Of a DNA stretch of 64,000 bases, positions 26,773 through 36,028 are shown in pieces (position 1 is the stretch's first letter; each line of letters begins with the position of its first letter). Both the position numbers and the translations under genes were made by a program. The DNA is taken from the NCBI GenBank assembly GCA_038882955.1, contig JAVZNC010000001.1:96001-160000 (forward strand), in the 5' to 3' direction. This DNA comes from Candidatus Bathyarchaeia archaeon. Lineage in GTDB: Archaea > Thermoproteota > Bathyarchaeia > Bathyarchaeales > Bathycorpusculaceae. The notes beneath the pieces are model-generated. The model was given only the letters and a program-made list of their open reading frames with translations, did not search any database and was not told where the DNA came from.

Positions 26773-28455
26773 GTGAAAGGCTGGACGGGACATTTGCCTA
26801 AGAAATTTGTTGAAACTTTAGATAGGCTTTCAGCGCGAATGACTGTTAAGTATGTAGTTTACTTGATTGCCGTTGTTTTGTTTTTTGCGCTGATTTTGTT
26901 GCCGCCAATACTTGGAATAGTGATTAAATGGGGTTCAATTCAACAAGTCTTAGATCAACCAGAAATTGTGGCGAGGGCGCTTAATGCGATTCAAAATTCG
27001 TTTATAATAGCCCTGCTTGTTTCCGCCGTTGATGTGCTCGCTGGACTTCCCATGGCGTGGCTTGTAGCCCGAGGAAAATCGAAATGGCTTAACGTGCTTG
27101 ACACCTTATGCGACATACCGTTCATTGTGCCAACGGCAGCCCTTGGCTATTCACTTTTACTGTTTTGGAGCTACCCAAACGGGATATCGACACTTTTTGG
27201 GGGTTCCCTAATATCGGAGGGCTGGCTCCTTGTCGTGCTGCTTCACTTCACATTCTCTTATCCAGTTGTTGTCAGAGTAATCGTTGGAGCGTTGCTTGAC
27301 TACAAAATGGAATATGAGCAAGCTTCAAGAACCCTCGGGGCACCACCGTTCATAGCTGCTAGGACGGTCACACTTTCGATAATTAAGCCCTCGTTGATAG
27401 CGGCCTTCATACTCGCATTTTCAAGGTCAATTTCCGAAACAGGCGCTACAATGATGGTTGCAGGAACGTTTGAAAATGGCCCAGTCTTTATTCAGAACAT
27501 GAAAAACTATTTTTCAGAAACTAATCCAGCGCTTTATGAAGGTGCAACAGTCCTAGCAAGCTTCATACTAATCGCTGTGTCATGTACAATCTTTGCCATA
27601 ATCCGTGCAGTGGGACCAAAACTAAAAATGCCAGTAAAGAAAGTTTGGCCATCCATCGAACGAAAGTTAAGTTACACGTCTGCCGCATCAATAAGAAACA
27701 CTGTAACGCTGGCGGTTTTTCTGATAATAATTCTTATTCCATCACTTTTTGTTGCATTTCCAGCTTTTCAAGCAGTTTTCACGCCTACATTGTGGGATGC
27801 GCTTTCTGGGACAAGCGAACACTGGAATGTCTATTGGCAGAGCATAGTTCTTTCATATTCTGTTGGGGCTGTTGCGACACTTCTGAACGTTGTTATGGGT
27901 TTGCCAGTGGCTATAATGATTGCGAGGAAAAAGTTTGGAACGTTAGTTTCAACATTGCTGGATGTGCTTGTGAACATTCCAATCGTTGTGCCATCAATAG
28001 CCTTAGGCGTTTCTTTAAAGTTCTTTTGGAAAGAAACCGTCCAGTTTATTCCGGACTTATGGCTTTTAATTTTTGCGCATTTGGCAATAACTTACCCGTA
28101 TTTTGTGAGAGCGATGGCGGCGGCTGTTGAGAGGATAAGCATAGAGTTGGAGGATGCCTCAAGAACCTTGGGAGCTAAGCCATTAGGCGTTTTTAGAACG
28201 ATTATACTGCCATTAACCAAGTACTCCATGTTTTCTGGAGCCATAATGGTTTTCACGAGAAGCGTTAGCGAAACTGGCGCCACGTTAGCCGTCACTTCGC
28301 TTAAAACAGCGCCTGTTGTGCTTGTTGATTGGGTTAAGGGCAAAGTTTCAGTTACACCATTAGAAATAGGTTTGGGATGCGGTTTTTTGGTATTATTTTC
28401 TTTCATAATTCTTTTAGCTTTAAGACTCGCCGTTAAGGGGAAGGGAAGATACTAG
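26773..28455 (+). CDS. ABC transporter permease, duplicated (FbpB/ThiP-like)
   Basis: Two EAA-type repeats (YEQASRTLGA, LEDASRTLGA), each followed by RS(I/V)SETGAT; about 12 TM helices. Confidence 0.9.
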   Translation: MKGWTGHLPKKFVETLDRLSARMTVKYVVYLIAVVLFFALILLPPILGIVIKWGSIQQVLDQPEIVARALNAIQNSFIIALLVSAVDVLAGLPMAWLVARGKSKWLNVLDTLCDIPFIVPTAALGYSLLLFWSYPNGISTLFGGSLISEGWLLVVLLHFTFSYPVVVRVIVGALLDYKMEYEQASRTLGAPPFIAARTVTLSIIKPSLIAAFILAFSRSISETGATMMVAGTFENGPVFIQNMKNYFSETNPALYEGATVLASFILIAVSCTIFAIIRAVGPKLKMPVKKVWPSIERKLSYTSAASIRNTVTLAVFLIIILIPSLFVAFPAFQAVFTPTLWDALSGTSEHWNVYWQSIVLSYSVGAVATLLNVVMGLPVAIMIARKKFGTLVSTLLDVLVNIPIVVPSIALGVSLKFFWKETVQFIPDLWLLIFAHLAITYPYFVRAMAAAVERISIELEDASRTLGAKPLGVFRTIILPLTKYSMFSGAIMVFTRSVSETGATLAVTSLKTAPVVLVDWVKGKVSVTPLEIGLGCGFLVLFSFIILLALRLAVKGKGRY

Positions 28456-28526
28456 TATGCCTAATATAGCGCTTAAATTATACATTCTCTCTTACGCTGG
28501 TTTAGGCTTAGGCGAAGTGAAGGAGC

Positions 28527-29630
28527 ATGCCTGAAGTCCGCCTCGTCAACGTTACAAAAAGGTTTGGAAAGATAGTTGCCGTTGACAACGTCAGCCTCCA
28601 CATTTACGACAGAGAGTATTTTTCGCTTTTGGGTCCAAGCGGTTGTGGAAAGACCACGCTTCTGCGGCTTATCGCAGGGTTAATTCAGCCAGATGAAGGC
28701 GAAATCTACATTGGAGACAGACTGGTCAACGATGTGCCGCCAGAGGATAGGGACATAGGCTTTGTTTTCCAGACGTTTGCTCTTTTCCCGCATATGACTG
28801 CTTGGGACAATGTGACTTATGGTCCGCGAGTGAAGGGGTTTGACATGAGGAAGGCTGAAACTATTGGGCATGAGGTGCTTGAGATGGTTAGGCTTCATGA
28901 GCGTTTGGACGCTTTTCCACACGAGTTAAGCGGTGGGATGATGCAGCGAATAGCCGTTGCAAGAGCATTAGCTGCTGGAGCAAAACTGCTACTTCTAGAC
29001 GAGCCTTTAGGACAGTTGGACGCCAAAGTTAGGAATGAGTTACGCTATGAGATAAGGAGAATGGCAAAAGATTTAGAGTTGACAGCCATACACGTAACGC
29101 ATGACCAATCAGAGGCAATGGCTATCTCCGATAGAATCGCCGTTATGAAGAAGGGGAAGGTTTTGCAGGTTGGCACTCCTTCAGAGCTTTACCTAAACCC
29201 GCAGAACATATTTGTGGCTCATTTTATTGGAGAGTCGAACTTTCTCGAAGGATACGTTTCAGACACGCGTGAAAAAGCAGCCACCATAGAGCTTCGGGGC
29301 GGGATAAAAGTACAAGCGCTTAACAGAGGCGTAAGCAAAGGCGAGAGAGCGCTTTTAGCAGTAAGACCAGAAGCATTCACTGTCAAGAAAGGGGAGAACA
29401 AGGAGAAAAATGCCATGCTGGGTGTGATTGAGAGAATTACTTTTGAGGGAACAAATATAAGGTATGATGTCAGACTTGAAAATCAAGACTCCATAGTTGT
29501 AGTTAAGCCATCAATGACGGAAGAGTGGTTTAACATGGGAGAAAAAGTAACTGTGACCTTCCCATCGGAAAAAGCGTATGCATTCATGTATCCAGAGGTT
29601 GGCTTGAAGGAGGAAATATCTGTTGAGTGA
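28527..29630 (+). CDS. ABC transporter ATP-binding protein (PotA/FbpC-like, TOBE domain)
   Basis: GPSGCGKTT; LSGGMMQR; LLLDEP; HVTHDQSEAM. Confidence 0.93.
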   Translation: MPEVRLVNVTKRFGKIVAVDNVSLHIYDREYFSLLGPSGCGKTTLLRLIAGLIQPDEGEIYIGDRLVNDVPPEDRDIGFVFQTFALFPHMTAWDNVTYGPRVKGFDMRKAETIGHEVLEMVRLHERLDAFPHELSGGMMQRIAVARALAAGAKLLLLDEPLGQLDAKVRNELRYEIRRMAKDLELTAIHVTHDQSEAMAISDRIAVMKKGKVLQVGTPSELYLNPQNIFVAHFIGESNFLEGYVSDTREKAATIELRGGIKVQALNRGVSKGERALLAVRPEAFTVKKGENKEKNAMLGVIERITFEGTNIRYDVRLENQDSIVVVKPSMTEEWFNMGEKVTVTFPSEKAYAFMYPEVGLKEEISVE

Positions 29631-30282
29631 ACTAATAAAATGGTTTGAGAAAAGAAGAGAATCAAAGGCGTTAGCAACTATACAACGGCACCTAGCCCTA
29701 ACAACGGGCATAGTTGAGGATTTAGAGAAAGCTATAAGGGCGGCGATAAAAGGAGACGCTAAAGAGATGCAAGTTTGCATCGACAGAGTGACAAGCAGTG
29801 AGAGAGAAGCGGATGCGCTTCGGAGAAAAGTTATGGATGAAATTTCAAAGGGAGAACTGTCGCCAGCAGATAGGGCTGACCTAATGGATTTAGTCAAGAG
29901 GGTTGACATGGTTGCGGACTGGAGCAGGGAATCAACAAGAGTTTTAGGTGCAATACCGATGGAGCAATTGCCAATTTCAATTAAAGAGGAGTTTATTGAA
30001 ATGGTTAAAAGCGTTAAAGGCTGCGCAATTTCGCTTCAGAAATGCGTAAATAAAATGATGGTTAAGCCAGAAGAAGCGCTCCAAGCAGCAGACGAAGTTG
30101 AACGGGAAGAGGAAAGGGTTGATGATTTACATGAGAAGGCTAGAAAACTTCTCGGCAAGGAAGAATTTCCAAAGGTTGGCATAGCTATTTTGGTAAGTCA
30201 GCTTTTCGAAGCTATAGAGATGATTGCAGATGCGTGTGAGGATGCATGCGACCAAGTTAGGGTCATCATGGTTAGAAAGTGA
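29623..30282 (+). CDS. DUF47 / PhoU-like phosphate transport regulator
   Basis: SEREADALRR...DLVKRVDMVAD and a second repeat EERVDDL...IEMIADACED. Confidence 0.85.
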   Translation: MSELIKWFEKRRESKALATIQRHLALTTGIVEDLEKAIRAAIKGDAKEMQVCIDRVTSSEREADALRRKVMDEISKGELSPADRADLMDLVKRVDMVADWSRESTRVLGAIPMEQLPISIKEEFIEMVKSVKGCAISLQKCVNKMMVKPEEALQAADEVEREEERVDDLHEKARKLLGKEEFPKVGIAILVSQLFEAIEMIADACEDACDQVRVIMVRK

Positions 30283-30293
30283 GGTGAAAAACG

Positions 30294-30572
30294 ATGGTTA
30301 AAGTGAAAGTTGATGTTTCAGAGTTGAAGGCTGAAGGAGGCGGCGTGATTAAGGAGCTTGCAGATTTTTTGAAAGAGAAAACGAAGGCGAATGTTGAAAC
30401 GCTAACAGACGCCATAAGCGTTGAGGGAGACGCCATCTCTAGAAAACACTTGCGAGTACTGCTCAAAAAGTTCCTACATCAAATCGAGCTTAAAGACTAT
30501 TACAGAGTTATAGGCGGTGCGGAGAACTCCCTAATTATCAAAGGAAAGAAAATCTCTGAAGAGGAAGAATAA
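30294..30572 (+). CDS. rpl22e: Ribosomal protein eL22-like
   Basis: LADFLKEKTK and ISRKHLRVLLKKFLHQIELKDYYRVI parallel eukaryotic eL22 ([32 protein letters not shown]), including the acidic C-tail; GAGGTG RBS. Confidence 0.75.
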   Translation: MVKVKVDVSELKAEGGGVIKELADFLKEKTKANVETLTDAISVEGDAISRKHLRVLLKKFLHQIELKDYYRVIGGAENSLIIKGKKISEEEE

Positions 30573-30577
30573 TCAAG

Positions 30578-31000
30578 CTATCGTTTTTTGGATTCCTCAC
30601 GCCTTCTCTTCGAAAATTCCTCTTGAACCTTTAACACGTAGTTTCTTGCATTGCGAACCTTTCCATAGGCATCCGAAAATTTTCCATCTTTGATAAGGGT
30701 TTCGGCATTTTTCAAAAAGTGGCTCGCACTTGCAAGTACTTGGTTAAGTTCAACTTTTTTGGGGTCAGGGTCTGATTTCAGCTTAGAAGCCACGTCATCT
30801 TGTATGATCATGGAGAATAAGAAAAGTGCGTATTCGAGTTCCGCAACAACATGCCAAACGTTTTTGGCGAACGCGTCATAATCTTTCTTGTTTAATGCTT
30901 CTATTGAGTTTTCTAGGTAACTTAGGGCTGATGTTATTGCTGTTGTCACTTTATTGTTAATGTCCATCGTCATCGACTCGCTTTTGCACACGTACACCAA
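30578..31000 (-). CDS. Hypothetical helical protein
   Basis: 140-aa amphipathic helical ORF; the true start may be a downstream Met. Confidence 0.6.
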   Translation of the reverse strand: MVYVCKSESMTMDINNKVTTAITSALSYLENSIEALNKKDYDAFAKNVWHVVAELEYALFLFSMIIQDDVASKLKSDPDPKKVELNQVLASASHFLKNAETLIKDGKFSDAYGKVRNARNYVLKVQEEFSKRRREESKKR

Positions 31001-31011
31001 TTTATATATTT

Positions 31012-31902
31012 TTATTCCTTTTGTCTGGCGATAAAAACAATACCAAGCAAAACTAGAAATGCTCCAAAAACTGTTAGGTGCGTGGGAACCTCTTGAAAAA
31101 GTGCTACGCCAAGCAAAGTTGCGCCTACCGGTTCAAGCAACGCGATTGTTGCAGCTTCGAAGGATTTTAGGTTCGAAAGCGAAGAGAAATATAATGTGTG
31201 TGCTACCGCTGTTGGAATTAAACCCAAACCGAACAGGGGAAAAGTAACATTAACGTTTGTAGGCGCGGATAATGCTCCCATAAAAAAGCCAAGGAAAAGC
31301 GCTAATAATGCAGCAAAAAAGTATATTGGCACAATTGACGTGGATAAGTCGGTTTTACCTCGGAGAACTTTGCCATAATTCAGGTAGAAGGCTATGAGCA
31401 AAGCAGCAAAAGCAGCTTCTAAATCGCCCTTTAAAGTCGGCGAAACACTTGCTGATTGAAAACTTGGCGTTTCAGCATAAGCAATCAAACAGACGCCTAT
31501 AAATGAGACTATTAAGCTTAAAATTGTGAGGCGTGATGGCTTGAGCCTAAAAGCGAACACCGAGATAATCATGGAAAACATTGGCGTTGTGTTAACGAGA
31601 ACTGTGGCGTTTAGTATTGTTGTGTCCTTCACAGCAGACGTGAAAAATATAAAGTGTAAGCTAAGGAAAAAGCTGAGAACTAAAATTTCTCGTAGGTTTT
31701 TCCTTACTAGGTTAAAATTGAGTGGGGCATGGAAAATGAAGGCTATCGCTAGTAGCGCTAGGCTTGCGATGAGTAAACGCCAGAAGGTTATGGAAAACGC
31801 GTCTAACCCTACAAGAAAGCGTGTAAAGATGGCGGATGTCCCAAAGAGGACTCCAGCAGCTATGCCTTCAGCCATAGCCTTATCTCTTGTTTTAACGCAC
31901 AT
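31012..31902 (-). CDS. DMT/EamA family transporter
   Basis: About 10 TM helices in two EamA repeats; ALLEPVGA...LFQE. Confidence 0.9.
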   Translation of the reverse strand: MCVKTRDKAMAEGIAAGVLFGTSAIFTRFLVGLDAFSITFWRLLIASLALLAIAFIFHAPLNFNLVRKNLREILVLSFFLSLHFIFFTSAVKDTTILNATVLVNTTPMFSMIISVFAFRLKPSRLTILSLIVSFIGVCLIAYAETPSFQSASVSPTLKGDLEAAFAALLIAFYLNYGKVLRGKTDLSTSIVPIYFFAALLALFLGFFMGALSAPTNVNVTFPLFGLGLIPTAVAHTLYFSSLSNLKSFEAATIALLEPVGATLLGVALFQEVPTHLTVFGAFLVLLGIVFIARQKE

Positions 31903-31980
31903 GCTCGCGCCCTTTTTCGCTCTGCTTTTGTGCAAATCACATTTATACGTTTGTTTCTAAAAAGGAAAAGAAGCTGGAAG

Positions 31981-32805
31981 GTGAAAACTGTGAACACTGA
32001 AGAAATTATGAAGTTGGCGTTGGAGCTTGCAGAACTCAAAGAAGTTCCAGCTGACAGCGCCATTTACGTAAGTGGAAAAAGAGTCAAAAGAGTTCTTTTT
32101 GGCATAGACGCGGGAGCCCCAGAGCTTCTACTAGCCAAACAGTTGGGCTGTGACGCTGTAATTGCACATCACCCGCCTGGAGGAAACGCAGCGATAAATT
32201 TCCATGAGGTCTTCAAGAGGCACGTCCAACAGATGATTGCTGCTGGAATTCCAAGGCGTGAGGCGGAAAAGGCTGTTGAAAAAAGAATTGAAGAATTGGA
32301 GGTTGAGGGGCACATGCGAAACTATGCACATGCAGTTGACGTTGCGAAAATTTTGAAGATGCCATACATGAACATTCACACTCCGTTGGATGAAGTTGGA
32401 AGAAGGATTATGGATGAAAAAATAAAGAGCAGAGTTAAGGAAAACTCAAGCGTGAAAGACGTTGTTTCCGCTGTGAAAGAGCTTCCAGAATTTAAGAACG
32501 CTATCACCGACATAAAAATTCGCCTTGGAAAACCAGAAAACACTGCTGGAAAAGTCGTGGTTTCACATGGGGCTGGAACAAACGGAGGCTACGAAATCGC
32601 AAAAACATATTTCAAGCATAGTATTGGAACAGTGGTTTATATTCACATAAGCCCAGCGGACTTGGCAAAGCTGAAGGCTGACGGTATTGGAAACCTAGTA
32701 GTGACTGGACACATCGCAAGCGATTCTGTTGGCATAAACCCGCTAATCGGCAAGCTTGAGGAAAACGGAATTGCCGTAACGACTGTAGGCATTGTCAGAC
32801 GCTAA
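31981..32805 (+). CDS. NIF3-like dinuclear metal-centre protein
   Basis: VLFGID; IAHHP; NIHTPLD; GHIASD. Confidence 0.8.
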   Translation: MKTVNTEEIMKLALELAELKEVPADSAIYVSGKRVKRVLFGIDAGAPELLLAKQLGCDAVIAHHPPGGNAAINFHEVFKRHVQQMIAAGIPRREAEKAVEKRIEELEVEGHMRNYAHAVDVAKILKMPYMNIHTPLDEVGRRIMDEKIKSRVKENSSVKDVVSAVKELPEFKNAITDIKIRLGKPENTAGKVVVSHGAGTNGGYEIAKTYFKHSIGTVVYIHISPADLAKLKADGIGNLVVTGHIASDSVGINPLIGKLEENGIAVTTVGIVRR

Positions 32806-32820
32806 ATGGAGGGTTCAGAG

Positions 32821-33711
32821 ATGAAGCTTGTCCGCTATAGTATCGGAGAAGGCGAATCATACGGCGCTTTAATTGGCGACAAAGTGATATGCTTGCCTAA
32901 ACTCGCGGAAAAGAAACTTCCAACGAGGCTGGATGAACTTGTAGCCCTAGGTATGGATGGAATCAAAACGACAGAAAAACTGATTAAAAAGGCAAGCGAA
33001 AACGCTGTTAAGGAAGTCTCTTTACCCATAAACCAGGTTAAGCTGTTGGCACCGATAAAATTTCCACCAAAAATAGTCTGTTTAGGCTTAAATTACGTGG
33101 ACCACGCTGCGGAACAGAATGCGCCATTACCGGACGAACCAATAATCTTCTTTAAACCTCGCACGGCAATAATTGGACCTAACGAGAACATTGTAAAGCC
33201 AAGCTTTGTTAAACAGCTTGATTATGAAGCTGAACTAGCCATTGTCATAGGGAGAAGGGCAAAAAACGTCACAGTTTCAGAGGCAAAAACATGCATTTTC
33301 GGTTATACAATAATGAATGACGTTTCAGCAAGAGACATACAGTTCAAAGATAAACAGTGGACAAGAGGGAAGAGCTTCGACACCTTCGCCCCAATTGGAC
33401 CATGCATAACAACCGTAAACCAGATTGAAGATACATCCAATTTGGCGATACGCACATGGGTCAACAACGAACTGCGACAAAACTCAACGACAAAAAACAT
33501 GGTCTTCAATGTGGAAGAGATTATACATCACCTAAGCCGAGTAATGACTTTGGAGCCTTGCGACATCATCGCGACTGGTACTCCGGCGGGTGTGGCTTTT
33601 GCCATGAAGCCAGAGCCTAAATTTCTAAAGGCTGGAGACGTCGTGAAGATACACATTGAAGGAATTGGTATACTAGAAAACAGCGTTATAGAAGAGACTC
33701 ATGCGCATTGA
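32821..33711 (+). CDS. Fumarylacetoacetate hydrolase family protein
   Basis: GLNYVDH; DYEAEL; NDVSARD; GKSFDTFAPIGP; TGTPAGV. Confidence 0.93.
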   Translation: MKLVRYSIGEGESYGALIGDKVICLPKLAEKKLPTRLDELVALGMDGIKTTEKLIKKASENAVKEVSLPINQVKLLAPIKFPPKIVCLGLNYVDHAAEQNAPLPDEPIIFFKPRTAIIGPNENIVKPSFVKQLDYEAELAIVIGRRAKNVTVSEAKTCIFGYTIMNDVSARDIQFKDKQWTRGKSFDTFAPIGPCITTVNQIEDTSNLAIRTWVNNELRQNSTTKNMVFNVEEIIHHLSRVMTLEPCDIIATGTPAGVAFAMKPEPKFLKAGDVVKIHIEGIGILENSVIEETHAH

Positions 33712-33721
33712 GCTAGACAAA

Positions 33722-33919
33722 TTATTTTTTAGCTAAAAACGTGTGCCCTCCTTTCATTTTGGCAAATAAAGCATAAATGATTATGGCAATCATTGACATG
33801 AATAATGCTAAAGTGTAGTATCCAAACTTAATGTGCACATCAAGCAGATACAACAAAACAGCAAATATAATTACCAAAACAATTGCTAGTAGAAAAAGTC
33901 TTGTTTTCGGCGACAACAT
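33722..33919 (-). CDS. Small 2-TM membrane protein
   Basis: 65-aa ORF with two hydrophobic helices, just downstream of rad50. Confidence 0.55.
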   Translation of the reverse strand: MLSPKTRLFLLAIVLVIIFAVLLYLLDVHIKFGYYTLALFMSMIAIIIYALFAKMKGGHTFLAKK

Positions 33920-33940
33920 CTTTTCATCGCCACAACCATG

Positions 33941-36028
33941 CTACTTTTCAACGGAAACCTTGCTTTCGCCAGCCTCCTTCTCAAGCCTAATCACGTGTTC
34001 AGCTTTCTCTGCAAATGCCTCGCTGTGTGTGACAGCAATTATTTGTTCGATGGCTTTTAGACGTGATATTGCCTCTGCTAAACGGTCTATGGAGCCGTCT
34101 TCCCTTCCAAGGCTTTCGGTTGGCTCGTCGAGCAACAACACGCTTAAGCCGTGACCAGCCCTAGACTGCATTATAAGTTGCCCAAGTCCCAGGCGATAAG
34201 CAAAAGCGATAAGCGTTCTTTCCCCACCAGAAAGATTCGAGACTTCCCGTTCAGCACCGCCCTCGCTTTTGACGTATGGCGTGTACGTTTCATCAATAAT
34301 CACGTTTAGAAGTGGCCCCTCCCCACCGACTAGGTTGTCCAGGATTTGTTGCACAAAGTTTCTCAGTATGCTCACGAATTCGCTTCTCAATTTCGGTTGG
34401 ATGCTGCGGTAAGCGTCGCGTATGTTGCTGATAACCTCGATTATTTTTCCAATTTTCTCCACTTGTTCAGTTTTTCGCTGGGCATTGTCTATTCGCTCTT
34501 TAGCATCTTCTAGACGCTCCATTAACTGCCTTTTGCTGTTTTCCTTCGTTTTAAGTTCAGATTCAAGCCTGAAAAATCTCTTGTAGGCTTCGTCTCTCTG
34601 GCTTTTTGCGTTTTCAAGCTGAGATAAGTCAAATTTGCCAATTTCAGTTCTGATGGTTTCCAGTTGAAGGCACAGTTCCTTTTCCAGCTTTTGTTTTTCC
34701 TCAAATTCACGTATAAGCTCAGCCAGAGACGCTTCTTCCCTACTGATGTTTGCCTTCAAGTTTTCTACTTGTAAGTTAAGCGCCTGCAGATTAGAAAAGG
34801 CGTTGTTTGCTATTATTTTTATGCGTTGGAGTTCTTCAATTTCCCGTTGGAGCGTGCTTATGGTTTTTTGCCTTTCAACATTTGCGTTTTGGATTCTCTT
34901 GAGCAAACCGCCTTTGTACTCGTCATTTAAAGGCTGAAGACAAAGTGGACAACGGCTTTCAGTTGAAAGTTCCGAAACCCTCTTCTGGTCTTCCTTCATG
35001 CCCTTTAGGGCAGACTCTTGCTCAACCTTCAAGCTTGAAATTTGGTCGTCAAAATAGGTTAGGTATTGACGCAACTCTTCGATGGATTGATCTGGGGAAA
35101 TCCCAACCTCTTTAAGCTTAGCCTTGTGCACTTCGATTTGGGCTTCTAAAGACGTTAGACGCTTTTTAAGCTCTTCAACTGCAGTTTTTCGCTGTTCAAT
35201 TTTTTCCGCCAGCGTAGCTGACGCATCTTCAACGTTTGCTAGGCTTGTCTGTATTTGCGCTTCCTTTCTTCGATGCTCTTCAACTTGAGTTTTCAGCTCC
35301 TCAAGCCTCTTAAGCCTCGAATCAGCCTCTTCCAACGTTTTTCTTGCCTTTTCCAGCTCCTTGCCCTTCTCTTGAAGTTCAATTTCGATTGTTGACAGTT
35401 CTTCAACCATGCGATTGTATTCTTTGTTAAGCCTTTCAAGTCCAATGACATCTGGATCTTCGGCGTAGGCTTTGCGTTTTCCTTCATATTCTTTCACGTA
35501 GCCCGCGAGGTTACTCCATGCAGTTTCGTAGTCGGATAATCCGAAAAGCTCGTCTAGGCGCTTTTGCCTTTCTCTTGGGGTGATATCCAAGAGTTCTTTT
35601 AGGTGTTCTTGTCTAATCCAGACTATTTCGCGGAAAAGCTCCCTGTCAAAGCCTGTTATCGCCTTCAACTGTTCGGCGACGGCGTCGCTTTTCACGCTTG
35701 CTATTAGAGTTTCATCCTCAAAGAGTTTAAGCTCGTCAAAGTCCTGGCTTATTCCTTTTCCACGCCTCTTTAAACCTCGAATTATCTTGTAGCTTCTGCC
35801 GTTTTGAAAGAACTGTACTTCAACTTTGCCGTTTTCCGCGCCTTCTCTTAAAAGGTAGTCGTAGCCCCTCCCCAATGGCTCTCCGAAAAAGGCGAAGTCT
35901 ATCGCGTATAAAATGCTTGATTTTCCGCAGCCTAAACCGCCAACCAGACAGTTGAAGCCTTTAGCGAATGGCACTGTTGACTTCACATGTGAACGTATAT
36001 TTTCCAACTGTACGATTTCAATTTTCAT
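33941..36028 (-). CDS. rad50: Rad50 ATPase (short coiled coil)
   Basis: ENIRSH; Walker A GGLGCGKSS; zinc hook CPLC; LSGGE; LLLDEPT; VTH. Confidence 0.92.
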   Translation of the reverse strand: MKIEIVQLENIRSHVKSTVPFAKGFNCLVGGLGCGKSSILYAIDFAFFGEPLGRGYDYLLREGAENGKVEVQFFQNGRSYKIIRGLKRRGKGISQDFDELKLFEDETLIASVKSDAVAEQLKAITGFDRELFREIVWIRQEHLKELLDITPRERQKRLDELFGLSDYETAWSNLAGYVKEYEGKRKAYAEDPDVIGLERLNKEYNRMVEELSTIEIELQEKGKELEKARKTLEEADSRLKRLEELKTQVEEHRRKEAQIQTSLANVEDASATLAEKIEQRKTAVEELKKRLTSLEAQIEVHKAKLKEVGISPDQSIEELRQYLTYFDDQISSLKVEQESALKGMKEDQKRVSELSTESRCPLCLQPLNDEYKGGLLKRIQNANVERQKTISTLQREIEELQRIKIIANNAFSNLQALNLQVENLKANISREEASLAELIREFEEKQKLEKELCLQLETIRTEIGKFDLSQLENAKSQRDEAYKRFFRLESELKTKENSKRQLMERLEDAKERIDNAQRKTEQVEKIGKIIEVISNIRDAYRSIQPKLRSEFVSILRNFVQQILDNLVGGEGPLLNVIIDETYTPYVKSEGGAEREVSNLSGGERTLIAFAYRLGLGQLIMQSRAGHGLSVLLLDEPTESLGREDGSIDRLAEAISRLKAIEQIIAVTHSEAFAEKAEHVIRLEKEAGESKVSVEK

